A stretch of DNA of 43,080 bases from Candidatus Bruticola sp. (lineage in GTDB: Bacteria; Vulcanimicrobiota; Xenobia; Xenobiales; Xenobiaceae). Position numbers and translations under genes: made by a program. Positions 17,573-25,673 of the stretch are shown here, one piece after another. Each line of letters begins with the position of its first letter. Positions within the stretch are counted from its first letter, which is position 1. The notes beneath the pieces are model-generated. The model searched no databases. It had not been told where the DNA came from and saw only the letters and a list, made by a program, of their open reading frames with translations. The stretch lies in the NCBI GenBank assembly GCA_051874735.1, contig JBJEGD010000018.1, positions 1-43,080 of the forward strand. The letters run 5' to 3'.

Positions 17573-20235
17573 GTTGTAGTTCTTGTTGTGGTATAATGGT
17601 ACATAAACTACCGCCTGCGATCCCAAGGTTATAGCTCCCTGATAGTTCTTGTTGTGGTATAATGCCGCCAGAACCGCCCGAGTAGAACTTTATGTTATAG
17701 CTCCCTGATAGTTCTTGTTGTGGTATAATTGCAGCCCCAGGGCCATTGTGGCGCTGTAGGTTATAGCTCCCTGATAGTTCTTGTTGTGGTATAATTTCTA
17801 CATCATGGACAGCACCGGATAAAGTGTTATAGCTCCCTGATAGTTCTTGTTGTGGTATAATAATTCAAGAGTTCGGCTGCAGGATTCCCGTGTTATAGCT
17901 CCCTGATAGTTCTTGTTGTGGTATAATGACAAAAAAGTCACCAGTGGCATTGTAATCGTTATAGCTCCCTGATAGTTCTTGTTGTGGTATAATCCAAAGT
18001 ATAGAAAAATCCTGACAGGGGAAGTTATAGCTCCCTGATAGTTCTTGTTGTGGTATAATGTTCATTTCTGATATGCACACATCACCTTGGTTATAGCTCC
18101 CTGATAGTTCTTGTTGTGGTATAATCCAAAATAGGCACAAAAACAGGCAGATTGCGTTATAGCTCCCTGATAGTTCTTGTTGTGGTATAATGCGATGGCA
18201 TTCCCTGTCTGGATTCCGCTAGTTATAGCTCCCTGATAGTTCTTGTTGTGGTATAATTTAAGAAAGCAATGGCCGGAGAAGTTGAGGTTATAGCTCCCTG
18301 ATAGTTCTTGTTGTGGTATAATAACACACCTGCAGCGGTTATCATTCGCGCGGTTATAGCTCCCTGATAGTTCTTGTTGTGGTATAATGCGAAAGCCTGG
18401 CAAGCAGTTTTGCAGAACGTTATAGCTCCCTGATAGTTCTTGTTGTGGTATAATGCCGCGTTGTCCTCACCTGTTAAAAGTGAGGTTATAGCTCCCTGAT
18501 AGTTCTTGTTGTGGTATAATACATTAGCAAGACTACTTGCTGATAAGCTGGTTATAGCTCCCTGATAGTTCTTGTTGTGGTATAATCGGAAATTACAAAG
18601 ACGTACCAGAGGATTTGTTATAGCTCCCTGATAGTTCTTGTTGTGGTATAATATTACCGAACTTGGGACAACTCCTCGATATGTTATAGCTCCCTGATAG
18701 TTCTTGTTGTGGTATAATTACTGCTCCACGTTAGCGGGCATATAATCGGTTATAGCTCCCTGATAGTTCTTGTTGTGGTATAATAGAATTTATCAGAACA
18801 AGCTAAACAAGAAAGTTATAGCTCCCTGATAGTTCTTGTTGTGGTATAATTTATAACAGGTAAGGATTTAGTAGAATTTTGTTATAGCTCCCTGATAGTT
18901 CTTGTTGTGGTATAATATATGAATATGTTTTTTCTTTTCATTATAAGTTATAGCTCCCTGATAGTTCTTGTTGTGGTATAATAACTATTCCTCCTGGATC
19001 AACCGTTAATCCGTTATAGCTCCCTGATAGTTCTTGTTGTGGTATAATATATAGCACAAGAGCCTAGCCCTATATTATGTTATAGCTCCCTGATAGTTCT
19101 TGTTGTGGTATAATGCGGCGGTTTTCTGCATGCCGCGCAAGTTGGTTATAGCTCCCTGATAGTTCTTGTTGTGGTATAATATTATAACCGATTAGCTGAC
19201 TTTTTTACCTGTTATAGCTCCCTGATAGTTCTTGTTGTGGTATAATCTAAAAAATTAGCGATCTCTTCGTTAGTTCGTTATAGCTCCCTGATAGTTCTTG
19301 TTGTGGTATAATATATAGAAAATGCATATAATGAAAAAAAAAGTTATAGCTCCCTGATAGTTCTTGTTGTGGTATAATTTGCTACGGCCGCGGAGCTAGA
19401 AAGCGAAGTTATAGCTCCCTGATAGTTCTTGTTGTGGTATAATCCCACCAACCAAGAATTGTAGCTTTAATCTGTTATAGCTCCCTGATAGTTCTTGTTG
19501 TGGTATAATGCATACTCTTCGAAAATATCCGAATTTTTGGTTATAGCTCCCTGATAGTTCTTGTTGTGGTATAATAACCTATGTCAAGTGCAATTTGTGA
19601 CTCTTGTTATAGCTCCCTGATAGTTCTTGTTGTGGTATAATGCGAAAGCCTGGCAAGCAGTTTTGCAGAACGTTATAGCTCCCTGATAGTTCTTGTTGTG
19701 GTATAATCTAGAATGACCGGCCTTTCTGAAGTCACCAGTTATAGCTCCCTGATAGTTCTTGTTGTGGTATAATCTCTAGTTCTATGTCTAACCGGTAGAT
19801 CTTGTTATAGCTCCCTGATAGTTCTTGTTGTGGTATAATCTGTTAATTCTGCAATGGTTACTAACTTGTGTTATAGCTCCCTGATAGTTCTTGTTGTGGT
19901 ATAATGAATGGCAGCAGTAGCATCCCAATGAACCAGTTATAGCTCCCTGATAGTTCTTGTTGTGGTATAATTGTGAAATGATAAAAGCGCCGGCTATTTT
20001 GGTTATAGCTCCCTGATAGTTCTTGTTGTGGTATAATCTCTAATCCCATCAATTAGAAAACCGCTAGGTTATAGCTCCCTGATAGTTCTTGTTGTGGTAT
20101 AATCGGACTAACCTGTTTAATTCGTTTCTGGTCGTTATAGCTCCCTGATAGTTCTTGTTGTGGTATAATCATAAAACAAGCGAGAGAAAGCAAAAACATG
20201 TTATAGCTCCCTGATAGTTCTTGTTGTGGTATAAT
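17573..20235 (+). CRISPR. Type II-C CRISPR array: 40 copies of the 36-nt repeat GTTATAGCTCCCTGATAGTTCTTGTTGTGGTATAAT (17628-20235), one truncated 5' repeat (17573-17597), and 40 spacers (38 of 30 nt, 2 of 29 nt)
   Basis: 66-bp periodicity counted unit by unit. Orientation inferred from G:U-compatible pairing with the tracrRNA, the repeat-borne -10 box and the downstream terminator. Confidence 0.99.
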
Positions 20236-20283
20236 CGACGCAGCGCAACTGCCGATAAAAAGGGACTTGCGCTGCTCTGGGAG

Positions 20284-20330
20284 TCGAAAAAAACGCCCGT
20301 TTTTTCAGTGAAAACGGGCGTTTTTTTCGA
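20284..20330. terminator. Bidirectional terminator between the array (+) and cas2 (-)
   Basis: TCGAAAAAAACGCCCGTTTT..AAAACGGGCGTTTTTTTCGA inverted repeat. Confidence 0.85.
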
Positions 20331-20362
20331 TTTTTTTTAAATTTTACAGAAGCCTAACCAGG

Positions 20363-20674
20363 TTAAAATTCTTCTAGCTGGTTAGACTGGTCGTAATAAC
20401 TAGAAGAACCAACTAAAATTTTGGAGCTTAAGTACTGCTTTTCCGTAATGGTCAGCAGACGCACTAAACCGCGTTTGGGCAGAGCTTTGTTCAGTCTGGC
20501 TTCGTGGGCGTACACCGAATCGAAGTTACTGCAAATTCTGGCGTATACCGAAAATTGCACCATGTAGTAACCGTCTTTAAGTAGAAAGTTGCGGAACTGA
20601 GTAGCCGCTCTGCGCTGCGCTTTAGTTTTTACCGGCAGATCAAAAAATACCAACATTCTCATTAGTTTACTCAT
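20363..20674 (-). CDS. cas2: CRISPR-associated Cas2 (type II)
   Basis: MRMLVFFDLPV..FRNFLLKDGYYMVQFSVYAR..VRLLTITEKQY. Confidence 0.97.
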   Translation of the reverse strand: MSKLMRMLVFFDLPVKTKAQRRAATQFRNFLLKDGYYMVQFSVYARICSNFDSVYAHEARLNKALPKRGLVRLLTITEKQYLSSKILVGSSSYYDQSNQLEEF

Positions 20675-21584
20675 ATTGATAAGACTCTAAAGGTATTAGC
20701 TGGGGAAGGTCGAGGTTGTCACTGCCTTCAGTTAAAGCGCGGCTGAAACTTTCCACCATTGATATAATGGCGCCTATGAGGCGGACGCGTTTGCCTTGCT
20801 GCTGCATTACGTAGTTAGTTAAGTTGAACAACTCGCGCTTTACCGATGGGGTCAGTTCATCAGACTGTTGAGAACAGAGGTTCTGCTGCAGATACGAAAA
20901 AGCAAACAGATCGGCCAAAGGGCGCAGCGGTTCCATAAGGTCATCTGCTAAGTTAAATTGGTTTAGCTGGTTATGGTGAAAAACACCTAAACAGGGCTCT
21001 AAACCGTGAGTCACTAAGTTGCGGGCCACAGCCCCGCGGATTATAGAGTAGGCGTAATTGAGTAAACTGTTCGCTAAACAGGGGAGCTCCCGGGCAAAGC
21101 CGGGACCGAATAAACGGGGAAAATAAAAGGCGGCTGCAGTAGCTTCGCAGTTTTGCGAATCGCCAGAGCGCACTTTGGTAGCCAAGGCGCGCAAATAATC
21201 GGCTCCTGGTTTCTGGGCGAAATTTAGGCAGGCGGCCTGATTCTTTATTTTGGCTATCACAATTTGTTGCCAAAAATGTTTCTGGCGGACTTTTTTTAAG
21301 TCTATTTGGGCCTGGAGTACTTTAAGTTGGCGGCAGTGATAATTTAGGGGCAAGAGCAGGGCAGACGGCAGGTGGCGCTCATCGCAAAAGTAGACGGTCA
21401 CTTCGTATTCAGCTAATTTCTGCAAAGCTGCCGCCGTTATAGTAACTTGGCGCGATTCCACCATTAGGCTAGTCATATCTTCCAAGGGTCTGAGAACTTC
21501 TTCGTCCTGCTGACAGATAACTAGCTGATTGAGGCGCACAGAAATCTGAGCTGAATTAGCTACAAATATAGACTTAAACTCCAC
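20667..21584 (-). CDS. cas1: CRISPR-associated Cas1 (type II)
   Basis: WQQIVIAKIKNQ, NCEATAAAFYF, NSLLNYAYSIIRG, GVFHHN, FNLADDLMEPLRP; GTG start after AAGGAGG. Confidence 0.97.
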   Translation of the reverse strand: MEFKSIFVANSAQISVRLNQLVICQQDEEVLRPLEDMTSLMVESRQVTITAAALQKLAEYEVTVYFCDERHLPSALLLPLNYHCRQLKVLQAQIDLKKVRQKHFWQQIVIAKIKNQAACLNFAQKPGADYLRALATKVRSGDSQNCEATAAAFYFPRLFGPGFARELPCLANSLLNYAYSIIRGAVARNLVTHGLEPCLGVFHHNQLNQFNLADDLMEPLRPLADLFAFSYLQQNLCSQQSDELTPSVKRELFNLTNYVMQQQGKRVRLIGAIISMVESFSRALTEGSDNLDLPQLIPLESYQYE

Positions 21585-21605
21585 CTACCGTCCTCCTTAA
21601 CCAAA

Positions 21606-24600
21606 CTAAAGGTTAGGCTTTCTAAAAGTCTGCCGCTTCTCAGGCAGCTTAACCTTGTAACAGTTGCCCAAAACGTCGACTTCGTACTTTTCCATTTTTC
21701 CCAAAGTTTTTACGCCAGAACGCCCTTCATAGCTTCTATCGTGGTTCGTTATTGAAATACGTCCAGTACTAATATCCGATCCGTTATAGTAGGCCAAAAG
21801 CTCCTTGACAGTTATTTTGTCATTACCGTTGGTGGACGCCAAATTGATACCTTTATTTTGAATAATTTTAACTAAATCGCCGGGATAAAGGGAGAAGATA
21901 AAATCGCGGTCGTCCATCTCCTTCCAATTATCCATTGATTTATTAGCCACAACAGCCTTTTGGGGCAGCTTTTCTTTAACCGTATCGGCAACATATATAG
22001 GCACAAAATAGTAGCCCTGATCTTTGCCTTCTTTAATATAAAAGACGTCGATGCGCACCATGCCGCCGTTATCGGCAATACCTCCGCACGCTTTTACATT
22101 GGAAGTGGTTGGTTTATAAGTTTTTACTTTATAAACTCTGGGCCCTAAGCTGCCGTCTTTCTTAGGCTTAAAGACGGGCTTTTCTTCCTTGAAAGCTTCT
22201 TCGGCGTTGCCCTTAGCCTCTACGAGCCGTCTCTTGAGCTCTTCATAAAGTCGGCGGTCGCTCTGCGGCATATAGTAATTCTCAATTTCGCCGTCTTTAT
22301 TTAACTTTAGGCTAGTTAAAGGCGTTTTAATAACGGCAATGCGCTGTTCTTGACCTTTTTCGTCTGTATATAGACGGGCACTTCTAATCGTTTCAGCATG
22401 AGCTGCTCCGGTAGATTTCCGGCGCGGCATTTGGGAAACGAATATAGGCTTGACCTCTTGGGAACCGTAAGCCGGCAAGTAAAGCTGCCTGACCGCTTCG
22501 GTAGCTTCAGGGGAAAGACGAGCTTTAAGCTCTGCAGCAAAATCGGGCCACGGGGCAGGGAAAACGGGGGCGTATTTGTCGTCGAACTCTTTCTGCGAAA
22601 GCGGCTCTTGAGTTTCCGGATCGATAAAGGTAACAATAAGTTTCTTTTCTTCAACCGGATCCCATTTTTTCTCAACTTTAATAGTTTGACCCGTCTGCTT
22701 ATCTTTGTAACGCCCAAAACGCTTGCCCAATTCTCGCCTTTGAGTGTAGCGAGTGATTTTGTTAATGTAGCTGTCTGTAGAAGCTGCAATAACTGCGGCG
22801 TCGAGAGCATGGTGCAAATCGCCATCTTCGCGGACTTTATTTAACCCTAAGCGCTTGCGTACTTGGTCGGTAACGGAACCGTTTATAGAACGAACCGGTT
22901 TCTTAATGAAAGGCGAATCGGCTTCAAATTCTAAATAGTTGCGCAATATATTAGCCGTAGCTTTAGTTATATACTGGGTGTCGGTAAGGTTGCGATTTTT
23001 CCACTCGTTGAGGTCTTCTGGAGTTAAATTAAACTTGGTAAGCTTGGCCTTTTTGCGAGGGTTGCGCACTTTATCAGCTAAAGTTAAAAATATATCTATT
23101 TGATCTTGGCTGCAGTCTTCGCGCATGTACTCCAGGGGCAAGCGGTTGCCTTTGCGCTGGTTCTCGGCTGAGAAGACCAATACTTTATTACTGTAACTGT
23201 CATCGAAACTCTTACTGTAGGGAATAATGTGGTCTACTTCCGCATAGCCAACTTCAAAAAGTCGGCTAATATCGAAGTTGCGTCCGGAGTAGAGGCAGCG
23301 CCCGTCCTGCTCTTTGTAAAGCTTCATTTTGACAATATCTTGGCCGGTAGCAGCTGAACCTTTTATTTCTTCTACTTCAGCTCTGGCTCTTTCATTTTTA
23401 TCCCAGTTCTCTTTCTGCTGCTTCTCAATATTGCCACGATCTTTAAAGTTGCGCTTCATATCGCGGGCCAACTCAATATTGATGGCTTGAGGAGGACCGT
23501 AAGTGCGAATAATGGCATTGACTACTTTGAGCGTTTGCGAAATAGACCGCAACACTACCGGATTATTTATAGAACTGAGGGCTCCGTCTTCTTGGAGTCG
23601 GCCGAAATGGAGCAGGGCTTGGCGCTCACCGTTATATTGAGCCCGGTGATCGCCGTAAACTTTCTCACAGGCTTTGTCGTAAGTCAAGCCCAGTTCTAAA
23701 TAGGGAATAAGCTTGCGCATAGCCACTAAAGATAAGCTGCCGGCTTTAGTAAAAGTAAGGGAAAGCAGTGCTTTTATCTCGTCAGCAGTCAGGCCAACTT
23801 TTTCTAAATTTTCTATGCGCTTATCATCTGCTTTATAAAGGCTGAGAATTTCGCCGATCTGATCGAGCTGCTCAGGAGAAAATTTGCTGATAGGGCATAT
23901 TTCATGTAACGCCTTTCTAATTTCGTGATAAGACTGCATCTGCTTGAATTTAGTCTTTTTTTCACATTCAAGACGGAGCTGCTCCGGTGAAAGTTCAACT
24001 TCGGGCTGGGCAGCTTCTTCAGCCGCTTCGCCTTTCTTTTTCTTCTTGGGTTTAGGCTGTTCGTAAGTTACTCGGTTAAAGCGTTCGTCATCGGCTAACT
24101 GCAGCTCTTTGCGCAGTCTACTGTAATCTAAATTGCCATTCTGCATGCATAAAGCAATAATTTTGGCTCTTTCTTCAGCAGTCAAATAGCGCTCAGCTTT
24201 AACTGGTTCTTGTTCTTCATCAATTTGCTTTAATTTGCGCCTGCTGTATTGAGGCACTATCTTTATATGGTTTATATCTTCTAAAAGTTTGAAATATTCG
24301 AAGGTATAGCAGGCCTTAAAAGAGCGCAGTTCATCTTTTTCAAAGCCGTTATGCTTATTTTCAAAAGTGCAGACGCCGCGCAAATCAAAATTAAAATGGG
24401 CTCTGCCGCCGGGGCCATCCGTAAAATGGCGCTGAGAAAGCAAAATAGCGCAGTAATCGTTTTCAATAGCTTCGGTAGCAAAGGCGTTGTCCAATTGGCG
24501 CTGAGCAGCAAAGAGCTTGTGGGCTTCCTCTTCTATTAAGATTCGGGATGCGGTCAGATCGTAATGGTTGGGGGAATTGTGAACTTTGCGTCCTACAATT

Positions 24601-25199
24601 TTGCCGCTGCCGTCAGTTATAGTAAATTCATGGCTGAATCCGAGCATTTCGCCAAAAGTACGGTAGCTGCTCGATTCCATTCTTTTTTCGTTAGTCTTAA
24701 CGGCAGTGAGAAGTTTGCCGTCATCTCCTTTTTTGTTAGCTTCTTCTTCAGCTTTGCTAGTTGAACGGTAGCCGCGCCGCTGAGATAAATTGTAAAGCAC
24801 GCGAGCCCACTCTGTATTGCTGAGTGGTCGGTCCAGACCTTCAGAGCGTAGGGTATAGACGTCTTTTTCTTTGTCCTGCATTTTGTCTGCTTCCAAAAAT
24901 GAGGCAAAACCGGAACGCTCAAAAATTTCTTCCAATTCAACTTTAGAAATAAGGCCGGTGCGCTCAAACAAAAGTTTAAGGCGCTCTTTGCGGTGGGCTT
25001 TGCGCTGCAGGCGGCGTCTGAGAGTGCGCGCTCCACGGCGGGGCAGGGCTAAACTAGATCCATCTTTCGGATTTTCGGCAGCAGGGAATATGCGGACTCC
25101 TAAATCGGCAATTTTAAACAGCTCTCCATCTTGATCCGTTTCTAAAACGGCCCAGCCTATTGAAGCGATACCAATATCGAGTCCCATTATATAATGCAT
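21606..25199 (-). CDS. cas9: Type II-C Cas9, about 1197 aa, catalytic motifs intact
   Basis: RuvC-I GLDIGIASIGWA, Arg-rich bridge helix, RuvC-II IELARD, HNH VDHIIPYS..NKVLV..ENQRKGN, RuvC-III HHALDA. No csn2 or cas4 in the locus. Start chosen at ATG 25199 (GGAG RBS). Confidence 0.98.
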   Translation of the reverse strand: MHYIMGLDIGIASIGWAVLETDQDGELFKIADLGVRIFPAAENPKDGSSLALPRRGARTLRRRLQRKAHRKERLKLLFERTGLISKVELEEIFERSGFASFLEADKMQDKEKDVYTLRSEGLDRPLSNTEWARVLYNLSQRRGYRSTSKAEEEANKKGDDGKLLTAVKTNEKRMESSSYRTFGEMLGFSHEFTITDGSGKIVGRKVHNSPNHYDLTASRILIEEEAHKLFAAQRQLDNAFATEAIENDYCAILLSQRHFTDGPGGRAHFNFDLRGVCTFENKHNGFEKDELRSFKACYTFEYFKLLEDINHIKIVPQYSRRKLKQIDEEQEPVKAERYLTAEERAKIIALCMQNGNLDYSRLRKELQLADDERFNRVTYEQPKPKKKKKGEAAEEAAQPEVELSPEQLRLECEKKTKFKQMQSYHEIRKALHEICPISKFSPEQLDQIGEILSLYKADDKRIENLEKVGLTADEIKALLSLTFTKAGSLSLVAMRKLIPYLELGLTYDKACEKVYGDHRAQYNGERQALLHFGRLQEDGALSSINNPVVLRSISQTLKVVNAIIRTYGPPQAINIELARDMKRNFKDRGNIEKQQKENWDKNERARAEVEEIKGSAATGQDIVKMKLYKEQDGRCLYSGRNFDISRLFEVGYAEVDHIIPYSKSFDDSYSNKVLVFSAENQRKGNRLPLEYMREDCSQDQIDIFLTLADKVRNPRKKAKLTKFNLTPEDLNEWKNRNLTDTQYITKATANILRNYLEFEADSPFIKKPVRSINGSVTDQVRKRLGLNKVREDGDLHHALDAAVIAASTDSYINKITRYTQRRELGKRFGRYKDKQTGQTIKVEKKWDPVEEKKLIVTFIDPETQEPLSQKEFDDKYAPVFPAPWPDFAAELKARLSPEATEAVRQLYLPAYGSQEVKPIFVSQMPRRKSTGAAHAETIRSARLYTDEKGQEQRIAVIKTPLTSLKLNKDGEIENYYMPQSDRRLYEELKRRLVEAKGNAEEAFKEEKPVFKPKKDGSLGPRVYKVKTYKPTTSNVKACGGIADNGGMVRIDVFYIKEGKDQGYYFVPIYVADTVKEKLPQKAVVANKSMDNWKEMDDRDFIFSLYPGDLVKIIQNKGINLASTNGNDKITVKELLAYYNGSDISTGRISITNHDRSYEGRSGVKTLGKMEKYEVDVLGNCYKVKLPEKRQTFRKPNL

Positions 25200-25307
25200 G
25201 ATCTTCTCCATTCCCGCGGGTAATACTAGGACGCGCATTTTTACTGAAGCCTGGCGTTCGTGCCCTGCAATTTCACAGCTTTAGTAAAAAACTGCTACAG
25301 TTCTTCA

Positions 25308-25336
25308 ATCGTATTGTTTTTATTTTGTTAAGTCAA
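25308..25336 (-). promoter_or_regulatory. Predicted cas9-cas1-cas2 promoter
   Basis: - strand TTGACT(25336-25331)-17 bp-TACGAT(25313-25308). Confidence 0.7.
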
Positions 25337-25362
25337 TATTAAAAATGGTACAAGTAAAAAAT
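25330..25362. repeat. 33-bp direct repeat, copy 1
   Basis: AAGTCAATATTAAAAATGGTACAAGTAAAAAAT, identical to 25559-25591. Confidence 0.97.
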
Positions 25363-25424
25363 CTGCTCATATTTTTATGTTTGAAGCTGGCAGAAGGAGG
25401 CTGGGTAAAAGTTTTTAAACCGGT

Positions 25425-25530
25425 AAAAAAAAGACGGCCCGGCTGCGTAAAAACGCAGCCGGACCGGAGCTTTAAGGCATACTGCCTGATCACAGCAACC
25501 TAAATACTTCTCGTTGTGGTACAAGAAAGT
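25425..25530 (-). ncRNA. tracrRNA (about 106 nt)
   Basis: Anti-repeat 25525-25489 pairs with the repeat (26 Watson-Crick, 6 G:U, 4 mismatches, 1 bulge). Nexus-like hairpin AGGCA-GTA-TGCCT, then a GC-rich hairpin and T8. Confidence 0.9.
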
Positions 25531-25536
25531 AACTGC

Positions 25537-25565
25537 ATAATATCGTTTCTGTAAGATAAAGTCAA
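25537..25565 (-). promoter_or_regulatory. Predicted tracrRNA promoter
   Basis: - strand TTGACT(25565-25560)-17 bp-TATTAT(25542-25537). Confidence 0.75.
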
Positions 25566-25591
25566 TATTAAAAATGGTACAAGTAAAAAAT
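25559..25591. repeat. 33-bp direct repeat, copy 2
   Basis: Identical to 25330-25362. Confidence 0.97.
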
Positions 25592-25673
25592 ATTGCGACA
25601 TTTTTTTTGCAGAACTGTTTCAGGCGGAGGGATGATCGCTAAACTGGGCCGGGCCGGTCAGGAGCAGTAGTTG

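Noticed and set aside
17865-20052. ORFs with repeated IIPQQELSGSYN or LYHNKNYQGAIT
   Set aside because: They are translations of CRISPR repeats (66-bp period), not proteins.
25200-25238. N-terminal extension of Cas9 (MRVLVLPAGMEKI) in the ORF track
   Set aside because: RuvC-I normally starts within a few residues of the N-terminus, and a GGAG RBS precedes ATG 25199.
25592-25673. Possible attR duplicating the tRNA-Thr 3' end at the far border of the cas locus
   Set aside because: No match to GTCAGTTCGAGTCTGATTCTTGGCT, and no integrase or transposase in the window, so no mobile element is called.
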